Source: Dimargaris cristalligena
Lineage: Eukaryota
Assembly: GCA_003614675.1 (NCBI GenBank)
Contig: ML002215.1
Location: forward strand, 62,001 to 88,073
Reading direction: 5' to 3'
Length of the DNA: 26,073 nt
Part shown: positions 1 to 10,269 of the stretch, piece after piece
Layout: every line of letters begins with the position of its first letter
Numbering within the stretch: the first letter of the stretch is position 1
The notes under the pieces: generated by a model
Databases searched by the model: none
What the model saw: the letters and a program-made list of their open reading frames with translations, nothing else
What the model was told of the DNA's origin: nothing
Position numbers and translations under genes: made by a program

Positions 1-55
1 CTGCCTTCCTCGATCCCATTACATTACATTTCCTTACCATACCCCTCCCTACTAG

Positions 56-2003
56 ATGTCCGTCCAATCGAGCGGGATGCACTCGAGCCTATCATGTACC
101 TGCTTCAGTCCCAGGACAGCGATGTCCAGTGCGCCGCCTCCACCGCCATCGGGAATCTCGCTGTGGACCGTAAGTCTCATTTGTAACTAGCTGCACCTCG
201 CTGAACATGTAATAACCACGCGAATTCCGGTTTACTTTGTTATACCCTCCTGCAATCTAACTGCAATGCCTTGGTTTTACCTCCCGTTTATTTCCCCACA
301 AATACTATTCAACAGCTTATAATAAGCTGCTTATTGTCCAACAAGGCGGTGTAGAGCAGCTAATCCGGCTGATGATGTCACCCAATGTCGAGGCTCAGTG
401 CAATGCGGTTGGTTGTATTACCAACCTGGCCACCCATGGTAGGTTGCATTTCATTTGGCCACCTTGATATTACGTTATTATCGTCCTCGCTCCAATCCAC
501 TACTTTAGCCCCTGTTTACTTGCTCGCTCCCCATACCCAACCCCTAATCCGTAGATATTGCTGTTTCCCTATACCATGGTCCTATCCCTAGAGGAAAACA
601 AGTCCAAGATCGCCAAAAGCGGCGCACTCATCCCTCTAACTCGCCTGGCCCGCTCAAACGACATTCGAGTCCAGCGCAATGCCACCGGTGCGTTGTTGAA
701 CATGACCCACTCGTCGGAAAATCGTCAGCAGCTTGTTACCGCCGGTGCCATCCCGGTGCTGGTCAGCCTTCTATCGTCGTCCGACTCGGATGTCCAATAC
801 TACTGCACTACGGCGCTCAGTAACATCGCGGTGGATGCCAACAGCCGCAAACGCCTCTCCAGCTCGGAACCCAAATTGGTCAACTCCTTGATTCATCTGA
901 TGGACACTGCCTCCCCCAAGGTTCAGTGTCAGGCTGCTCTTGCCCTTCGTAATCTGGCCTCCGATCAGTACTACCAGGAAGCCATTGTACGGTCCAATGG
1001 TCTGCCCTCGTTGCTGAGACTGTTGCAATCGGCCATCGTGGCTCTGATTGTGTCGGCCGTAGCTTGCATCCGCAATATCTCGATTCACCCGGATAACGAA
1101 GCCCCTATTATCGAAGCGGGGTTCCTGCCTCCTCTGATCCAACTTCTGGCCTTCCGGGACAACCAGGAGATCCAGTGTCATGCTATCAGCGCCCTGCGCA
1201 ACCTGGCCGCCAGTTCGGACGATAACAAGATGGCCATCGTGGATGCCGGTGCCATTGAACTGATCCGGGACCTGGTTCTCGAGTGCTCGCCCGTGGTCCA
1301 GGGCGAAATGACCGCGGTGCTAGCCGTGCTGAGTCTCAGCGAGGATCTTAATGAGCGGATCCTCCAGGCCGGTATACTGCCTGTACTGGTGCAGCTCACC
1401 AGCCAGGAAAACCCCGAGGTGCAGGGTAACAGCGCGGCCGCCATCGGGAACCTGGCGGTGCGGGCCCCCGATCTCGGGTGGTTCGTTGAGGTGTGGCAAC
1501 AGCCCCACGGCGGTATCCAGGGTTATTTGGAAGAGTTCCTGAAACCCGAGCAGAATATTGCCTTCCACCATGTCGCCGTCTGGATCGTACTCCACTTTTT
1601 GGAACAGCGGGACACTGATCTCACTCGCCTCATCCTTAGCCATCCCACACTGCTGCCCTCCATAAAGACTCTGCTGGGCACGCTATCCAAGCACACCACC
1701 CGTCACCAAGTTGACCCCACCACGGGCCAAACCTACCCCAGCCATAACCATTCCGACCACCCCGCCGGTACCTCGCCGTCCACCCCGGGGGCTGGTAAAC
1801 TGCCGGGCTCGTCGGACAACCTGATGGACGGGGGTGACGACGCTTTACTTTACGGAGACGAAGACGATCAGGAGTACGCTGATGTGATGCAGTTGGCTGA
1901 TAATGTCCTTCGTATAGCCGAAAACCCCGATATTTTGGACGATATGCCCAGCCAGCACTACAGCGACCACGGCAAGGATTCCGACGCCAGCAACCACCAG
2001 TAG
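56..2003 (+). CDS. VAC8: Vacuolar protein 8, armadillo-repeat protein (5'-partial). Exons in window: 56-169, 316-438, 592-2003
   Basis: Spliced translation [120 protein letters not shown]...[15 protein letters not shown] matches recalled fungal Vac8 ARM repeats. Introns 170-315 (GTAAGT..CAG) and 439-591 (GTAGGT..TAG) are phase 1 and keep the frame. The N-terminal exons lie left of the window. Confidence 0.95.
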
Positions 2004-3667
2004 AATGATATTACCGGTGCCATCACTTCCCCACCATTATATCCTAAATTCTGGCATTCCTTGCCAACCTATCCCCTTCCCCTCTTTTACCAACCCACAG
2101 CTGTCCAAAAATATGTGGGGAGGCCATGGATAAGAGGAGAAACCTGTATTCTGGGTCGATTTCTTGCCATCTTTCATTGCTGTTTTATCATTTACTATTC
2201 TTAGATCGGGTTGATGCATTTCCGAGCCTGTTGTTTCGACTATTATTTCGGGACTACTACTAACCATCACCCGATAAATTATTGAGATTTCAACGCTCTT
2301 CCCTTTTCCATTTGTTGCAAATCTAAAATTTTATATTACATTTACCAATTTTTATATATTCTAATTGTGTGTGAGCCAAGTGAAAGGGGGTGAAACTGGC
2401 CCTCTCGATTAACCGGATATCGGTTATTACAATTGCCTATTTTTTTGGTTTTAACCTAGACCGGTAGTTACCATTTATTCGGCCATTACATTAGTGGAAG
2501 TCTGGCTGGGCTGCTGCATTTTCCAGCCGATTCGAACTACTTGTGGGCCTACATCTATTACTGCACTATCCCTTTGCTACGTGGTACCTTACCTAAGTAA
2601 TCGAGATTTGGGTAGGGAGGAAGTGGGCTTTTTTAAAAAATCTGTCACTACACATTTGCCCGTTACTCGTTTATTGCCTTTCTCCTTTTTATTTTTTGCT
2701 GCCAAAGTAGGATTATGCCTAGTTTTTTTTTTACCAGTGGTTCAACGAGGTCGCGAGCAGCCATCATGTATACTACTTCTCTCAGACCGTCTATATGTTC
2801 ACTGCCATTCCTATTCTCTAGCCCCCACGCCCACCCTTTCCACCGTTTATTATTTGACGTTTTCCCCTCACACGTCTGGCATTGGTTCAGATCCTTTTTC
2901 CACAACAGCTTCCCTTATATTACTTTAAATATTTTTACCACTGAGTTTTATATATATTCCGTTTTTCTCGCATAGTTTTTCATATAGCTCACCATTACAT
3001 TTTAAGTGATAGTAATAATACCGTTTCCATCATTCGTCTAAATAGCTACAGCACCCTTTGATTATACATATGTTGGCCAGGTTGGATATCGTATTTCTTC
3101 GGGCATAAATCCGACCATGGTATGGAGTTAGAGAGCGTTTGGAAATCTAAAAAGGGGCAAACGCTGCAGCAACCATATAATTTGATATACTGCGGATAGA
3201 TCGGTTATCAATAACATCCATTGGTCTACTCAACCATGCGCTTACGCATACTCCTGAATCGATAACTGTAATGAGCAATGTAAGTGACAGCTGCGTTACT
3301 CCTGTCCCTATAGCAATTCCGCTCCGCTGCTCCTCCTTTATACGCCGTCTTATCAATTCTTGGGTCGTCCTTGGCAATGGTATAATTCGACTACCTCCTT
3401 ATTGTATAATTAGTTTCTCACTCCCTCACTCCCTCTTTCTTGATTTTCTCTTTTTCCTATTTTGCCCTTCACTAGTAGTCTAGTAAAACCACTTGAACAA
3501 CTCGTGACTGCCCAATTCACCAGTACCGTTCCAAATTGGGATCCCCATAGGCCCACCCAAGCAAACTCCCCCCTCTGCCCCCTCGCTCATTTGCTTTACT
3601 TTATTTTTATTTTATTTTTCATTCAGAACACAGACCGTGTGCCGCACCATACAGACACTCAATCGAA

Positions 3668-5757
3668 ATGCCCGAATTGCCTGAGGTTGAACGCGTCAGA
3701 CGACTTTTGCATCACCATTGTTTAGGCAAAGTAGTCTCAAAAGTTCAAGCGGTAAGTTTCACTGCACTAAGTGGGGTTAGGGAGAGTATACGTCCCATAT
3801 ATATAGATATAAATACAAAACTCGGGATAATTTCTAGCCACTGTGCAAGGAGGGGTGGATGTGAGAAAATCGGTATATATATATATATATAATAAAACAT
3901 ATATCCAAATTGACCGACTCCTAAATACCATACTACATTTTTAGCACTGAAAAATGGCCGTTCTCCTACCCTGGTAGAATTTCATCATGTTCGTTTCATC
4001 CCAACGTAGTCACTAACACTCCCCCACTATGCATATATATATATATATATTTATCTATGTATCATACAATTGCATTTAGGAGGAGGATACTATCGTTTTT
4101 CCGGATATCACACAACCGGATTTTACGGAGCGTCTTATGGGCCGTAGGGTCGTTAACACTGGGCGCAAAGGCAAACTATTTTGGCTACTATTAGATAATG
4201 AAGATTCGCTATTACTTCATCTGGGCATGTCCGGAAACGTTTCTGTAAGTACATGCACTTCGTATTACTGAAATACCGGGTCATGGTCTGCCATATAGGT
4301 TACGTCGAAAATACTTAATGACACCGGCGGAGCTCTAATCACTCTACCATATATATATATATATATATATAATGAATATGTATATGGGTAATTATTATCT
4401 GGCTCAGGTTGATGGCGCTGAACGACTGCGCTACCGTCGGAGTTTACCGGATGATTCGGGCTGGCCACCCAAATACTGGAAGTTCCAACTCGATTTACAA
4501 CCCGATTCGGCCACGGATGCGCTAGTCCGAGCGGTGAATGACGCCCCTTTGCTTCAAGCCCAGATGGCCCCGGTGGTGCCCAATGAGTCCACCACCACTC
4601 CTACGGATTTCCCCTCCCCCAGACCGCCCCCAGCTTTAACCAACTTCCCCTCTAATAATCACCTAGAATCGTCGTCCTCTTCGCCACCGCCACCATCATC
4701 ATCATCATCATCACTATCAGCAGCAGCAGCGTGTACCCGCATTTGCTACACTGACCCCCGCCGCTTTGGCCGTATCCGCCTGGTCCGCCAACCACTCGAA
4801 AACCCCCCGGTATCTGAGTTAGGGTTCGACCCCATCATCAACATGCCCACCCTCGCCGACTTCACCCGCCGCGTCCAACCTCCCACCCAGCGCCATCGCG
4901 GCGGGACCTGCATCAAAGCCCTTCTCCTGGACCAGCGGTTCGCCGCCGGCGTGGGGAATTGGATCGCTGACGAAATTCTGTACCAAAGCGGCGTTCATCC
5001 GGCCCGCCCCACGCGGTCCCTAACGACGGCGGAACTGACCCGCCTGCATCAGTGGACCGCCCGGGTGTGCCAGGTGGCGGTCGATTGTAATGCCGATAAA
5101 GACCGCTTCCCAGCTGATTGGCTATTCCACGTCCGGTGGGGTAAGGCCCGGAAAACGGTACAACACGTCACCCGCAAGGGTGAACCGGTGGTGTTTGAAA
5201 CAGTAGGGGGGCGAACGAGTGCGATTGTTCCGACCGTCCAAATGCTACCACCACTAGCACTCCCCCCCTCCTCACCTTCCCCTGCAACTGCCACTACTAC
5301 CAAATCGCCCTACTTCTCTTCCACGAAGAAAACAGCGGTATTGAACGATATGGGGTCTTCAATAGCAGTCACAGCGTTCGATAAGCCATCGGTGCCAGAT
5401 GACCAGCAGCAGACAGATATGCCACCCACCTCCACCTCACATGGTCATCATCACCACACCTCTCTAGTCAAAAGTACCCTAACGACTGATACCGAGAAGG
5501 GTGACGAAAAAATAGCAGGGCGATTGCCCAAGGGAAAGAAAAGAAACGCCAAATCGACTCTAAACCCAGCAGCTGATCACCGGCACAGCCCCCACCAACC
5601 ACCGCGTGATCTGACCAGTGACCCCCCCTCCAACACTACCATCACTACCACCATTGCGGTGGTTCCATTGGCCAACAGTCCTCTGCGCCAGAGTCGGCGA
5701 TTACGGGAAAAGAAGTGCTCAGACCACTCTCGGCCGATTATTGCCCGACCAGTATAG
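3668..5757 (+). CDS. mutM: Formamidopyrimidine-DNA glycosylase (Fpg/Nei family, plant/fungal zincless-finger type), about 532 aa. Exons 3668-3751, 4080-4244, 4408-5757
   Basis: Catalytic N-terminus MPELPEVE; RKGK and HLGMSG motifs in exon 2; WPPKYWKF; DPRRFGRI; H2TH motif IKALLLDQRFAAGVGNWIADEILYQSGVHP; C-terminal FETVGGRTSAIVP without zinc-finger cysteines. Phase-0 introns 3752-4079 and 4245-4407, both GTAAGT..AG. Confidence 0.93.
4349..4371. repeat. (AT)n microsatellite in Fpg intron 2
   Basis: Directly visible AT run. Similar runs occur near 3875-3891, 4033-4050, 11586-11610, 13218-13234, 21274-21291 and 23589-23607. Confidence 0.9.
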
Positions 5758-7104
5758 ATGGACTTGTTCAGGTCTATAGTTACTTAAATGGTTAATGTTG
5801 AATTGGATATAGTTATGGTATCTGGAAATGCTTATTCGCCATAATGCTCTCTAACAAAATCGTATAGTGTGATTGCCAGTATATATTTCTGGTCTTCCAG
5901 AAATAAGGGTGGGGCGAGGAAATCAGGATTTTCTGATAATGACCTATAAAGTGGAACCACATCCATGAGGCAAGCTGCTGTTCTATTTCTACTGCCAACC
6001 CTTTCTCGTCAAGATGGGCTGACGGTTTCATCCCAGCCTACACCAATCACCAACGTAAATTTCCCCGCAAGACCGCCTGGGTTTAAGGATTGGTGATGTC
6101 GCTGCATCCTGCCATTATATGAAAATCACCCTTAGGACACTGCAAAGACCAATAATTTTTTTGAATAGAAAGTATATGCTTATCCCCCCGCATAACGAGG
6201 AGGTGCTATGCCTCATTGAATTATAGAATTAAACCTAAATTGTACTTTTTTATTGGATATTCACGGTGAGGGAGTTCATCCAAAGAACGTATTTATTCTC
6301 AAATGGGCAATACGCGACTAATTAATAGAGTGGTTTAGAGGATAAACTTGGGGTGGGATAATGCAACGAAATACGTTAAAATACAGACACTACCGAACAT
6401 GAGATGTGCGTGAACGTGGCCCGGCAAAAGGGATATGAGGAGAACGTTAAGAATTTAAGGGTACCTTACAACAGAATAGTACCGAGTAAGGTGATGGGTG
6501 TAAACCACATTGCCCTTTAGATTGTGAGAGTTCGATTTTATATTAATTCATCTCAAAAACTCCTGACCTACCGCCTATCCCAATTACAAAATATGTCTAG
6601 TTAAGATTATAAAATAATAATAAAATGCAGAGGTGAGTCTAGCAGCCACGCATTGGAAAACGCCAAATTCAACAGTCAATGTTAATAATACAGTATCAGG
6701 ATAAAAATGGTCAAGGAAGAGTACATAAGTGGACAGGTACTCAAGGAAATTAGACAGACCGGTGAACAAAAATATATATCCGCGCATTTCTCGTTAGCTT
6801 GCGACCCGGAGAAATAATAGCAGTGTGAAACCGAGGGGGGGAGGTATGTCATTCAATCTAAAGTATCCTTCGAATCTTCGAAACCGGATCTAATCACCCC
6901 TGGCCTATCAACTAGGGGGTAATTGAAACTGGGCACGACTGTTGGCTACAATGAATAAGAGGAAGGGGAACCTAAAAAGTGTCGGCGATGGGCTCCTACT
7001 GCTCCTGCATGGTACAGCGCGAAAGAGTCAAGGGGTGGGATGGGCGGGGGGACATGGCTAACGGTGAAGATGCTACAATAGCGAAGGGTGGGGGGGCGGT
7101 TCGG

Positions 7105-9233
7105 CTATGCGGATAGCGGGGATATTTCTGGGGAGTCGAAATTAATATTGGCCGGCCGGACGGTGATATAGACAAGTTTACGTAATGGCAGAGCAATGAC
7201 CACAAGCAGACAAACGACCGCCACCAGGAGGAGGTTCCGACGGGGCCAGCCCTTATTGGCCAGCTCGGAGTAGAGCTTAAACATTCGCCGGAACAAGTGG
7301 TAGATCAGGTAAATGACCAACTGTACCGTCTGTTATTTCAAGAATAGAGAGGGGGTGGGGATAGTGCGACCACAATGAAGTTAAAAATAGTACACGTAAA
7401 CACAAACACAATAATTAACAATACGGGGTTAGACAAGGGAAAGGGATAAGGCGTCTCGGTAGAATGCGAATTGGAAAATAGCGGGGCCAGATAGGAGGGG
7501 ATACACTTAGGGGGGATCAAGGGGAAGAAGGGAGAACCAGTAACCATGCTACTTACCATGTAGGGAATCTCGAGTACAGATTTCCAGGAGAAAGACCGCT
7601 GGGAAGACCGCTGTGGAGAGTGGGAATGGTTCAGACAAAGGAATGATGTTAAGGGAAATTAAAATCAGGAATCAACTCAAACACCGGTTACTCGGTGATG
7701 GATTGGGCGAGTTCTAAGCCAGGCGGTTAAATTAAAAGAGCTAAAATAAGAACCACAGTGTACCTACCATTTGTGTGTGGGTAGTTTTCATGGTCATCGT
7801 GGTTTTGGAGACCACCTGGCGAGAGGGGGAGAGGGAAGGGGAGTTGGAGGGGGATGCAGTCGCCAGTCGGCAATTGATAAATCCCTCGCGAATGCGCTGG
7901 GAGCTAAATGTTCGCCACTGTGGTTGATAAGCGAGAGGATAAGGAGGGACAGGTAGGAGGAATGGATTAGCAAATTGGTATTACACAGCGAGTTGCAGCA
8001 ATGGGTTCAATAGAATCAACCTATAGAGCCATATTACCAATGGCCTAGGCTGGATTATAAGCGCATCCATTATCACTGGAGGCTTACGGCGAAAAGTAGC
8101 ATTCCGGCCCAAAGAACCAGATCAAAAAGAAATCACCAGTGGCATAGGGGATTGGCCCATTCCCACCCCTTGACATTGAAGAACGGGAGAGGAACCGCCC
8201 ATAATTCGGAGGCGCTGATTGGTAAGGGCGACCATCAACAATAGCCAAGCGCGTCTTTCCAATCAGCCAACATGATGATGTCAGCCGGTTGCCTAAAATA
8301 TTCATGTGAAGTATACAGACGGTCTGCCTTACCATTGAAGAGCTTAGGGAGCGTGCCTCCTCGGGCGAAAGATGGATGGTCTGAATTAGAAACCGGTCGT
8401 CAGGGCTTATGGGCTGCAGACTACGGACTGAGAGAAAAAGTGGAAGCGATGCGAGTGAGGGACCGACAGGCATACGGGGACAAGGCGATAGAAGCGGAAG
8501 AATGCACAGGGTTAGAGTGGGGTGAAGTGTAGGCATGGGTGATTAATCACAACAAAGTCACACATCAGGTGAGGCTTTAGGGGGGAAAGTGTGGAGCTTC
8601 CCCACCTTGAGTCGGAGTGCCATAGCAATGATGTGTGTAACGTAGCACGGCAAGAAACTAAACGGCTGTTCCCCCGGAGGTACAATCCTCACTGGCCAAT
8701 ACAAAGGTGGCCAAGCTCGGCGTATCCTTAAAACGACCCACGTCAGGAGAAAGATTCAGAAGTACATACCCGTAATCTCGACGGTCTGGCCAATCTCGGT
8801 GAGCGAACCGAGGACAGGTTTAACAGAGAACTTCTCGGGGGCATTGGTCTTGAATTTGAAACCCACTGAGTTGGACCGCATGTTCTTGATGATTAAACGT
8901 CCGACATAGCCACCGGCAGAGTCAGTGGCCGCTAGAGGGGTGGAGGGAGGGGGGGGTCGTGGTAGGTTAAACGACAGGAAGGGTATATGTGTTAGTCAAA
9001 GGAAAAGTACAGCGAAGAGCAAATATGGCCATATAGACTACTGGGGGCACGTTCATTATAACGACAATGCCCGGGAATAGTAGGCGGGATATAAGACGGT
9101 GGCCGGCCAGGGGTCGCAAAAGGGGGTCGGAAAGGCCTAAGCCAAAACCTCCCAGGCCAGACTTCAAGGACTTACAGCCAAAGTGGAGCTCAGACGGCGT
9201 AACGCGAATTAGGGTGCCACTGCTATTCGACAT
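7105..9233 (-). CDS. MSP (major sperm protein)-domain protein with C-terminal hydrophobic segments (VAP/Scs2/MOSPD-like), about 244 aa. Exons 9233-9176, 8931-8770, 8427-8333, 7917-7768, 7610-7557, 7320-7105
   Basis: Spliced translation MSNSSGTLIRVTPSELHFG-SATDSAGGYVGRLIIKNMRSNSVGFKFKTNAPEKFSVKPVLGSLTEIGQTVEIT-VRSLQPISPDDRFLIQTIHLSPEEARSLSSSM-WRTFSSQRIREGFINCRL...-RSSQRSFSWKSVLEIPYM-LVIYLIYHLFRR...NLLLVAVVCLLVVIALPL. MSP hallmarks are P-x-x-L-x-F, FKxKTxAP-x-x-F/Y-x-VxP and D[KR]FLIQ. All five introns are GT-AG with consistent phases (total 735 nt). The last exon is the least certain. Confidence 0.85.
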
Positions 9234-10170
9234 GGGGATGAGATCAAGTGGGTGGTGTGCTGGGGATATGTGAAAGTATAAATAACAGAGGCCGAGAAGA
9301 ATGGGGAGACGAACAATAGGCGCCGCCCGAAGGGTTTAGGGTTTGCGAAACTGGGCTGAAGAGGGGAGGGTTTTGGAACAAGGCGCTTGAGGAAGACCAC
9401 AGGCACGGGATGGCGGTGGCCGCAGAACTGAGTAGGCACGAACCAAACTATAAAAGGCAAGAGGGGGTGAGCAGTAGGAAAAGGCTCAAAGGGGGAATAA
9501 AGTAGAGGAAAGGGGAGAAGGAGGTGGGTGTAAGGGGAAGTGGTGCCAGTGCCAATGGCCTAGTCTTGTATCGAAAAACAGTGAGTGGGAAGGGGGGAGA
9601 AGTGGTGGGTAAGGAAGCGTAAAGGAAATGAGGCGGTGGTTTTAAGAGTCGGGGAAGGACAACGAACAGGAACGCGGGATATACCGGTTATATTTGGGGG
9701 GAGAAAGGGAGGGGTTTATATTCCAAGGTCAAGGAACAAAAGAAAGTGAAATATAGGTTAATGGAATAAAGCAAAGGGGCACAATGGCAGGGCTGGGACT
9801 CTAAAGGGTATTTATAGAAGGAGGAGAAAAAGAGAGGGGCACTCTTCACCTTCATCACTAAAGCTCTATGCATACAAAGTCACTTCACTCTTCCCATCTG
9901 GCCGAGGGCGCTTATACACCTCACTTCCTCGCTGTATGCGCCCAAAACCTGTGTCTGTGGTTAATGTAGAATCTCTGGGCAACAGGGAGGAGGAAGGCCA
10001 ATCGCCAACCCGCCAGGGTGGCACACCCGGCGGTTATCATGGGGCGCATATAGAATAGTGGTGGGTCTCCACCACCAAAAAAAGAGAAAGGTGGGGGGGG
10101 GGGATGTTGACTGTATGCTATATGCGCTCTCCCGCTCTTTCCCTATAAGAGATACCATATTCTCGCGGGC

Positions 10171-10180
10171 CTGACGTCAG
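10171..10180. promoter_or_regulatory. Perfect CRE/ATF-type palindrome CTGACGTCAG
   Basis: 10-bp palindrome containing TGACGTCA, about 40 bp upstream of a TATA-like TTTATATAT (10218-10227). Function is inferred only from the motif. Confidence 0.35.
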
Positions 10181-10269
10181 CCCTCTCTATAGTAGTCAAG
10201 TCAAGCATCACGCCTGGTTTTATATATGCATTTGGGGTCGTTTTACACACTCCCTTGCGTATTTCAAGG

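Noticed and set aside
771-1643. Antisense and alternate-frame ORFs over VAC8 (similar shadow ORFs overlie Fpg, Rab32, the carrier and the hAT-derived gene)
   Set aside because: These are expected by-products of GC-rich codon bias in real genes and have no recognisable motifs.
2494-3483. Several 70-144 aa ORFs and scattered splice-like signals between VAC8 and Fpg
   Set aside because: The translations are low-complexity and F/L/S-rich, several have non-ATG starts, and no coherent exon chain or family motif could be built.
5945-6096. TATAAA followed by a 43-codon ORF (MRQAAVLFLLPTLS...FKDW)
   Set aside because: Too short, lies in a probable 3' region of Fpg, and has no supporting homology.
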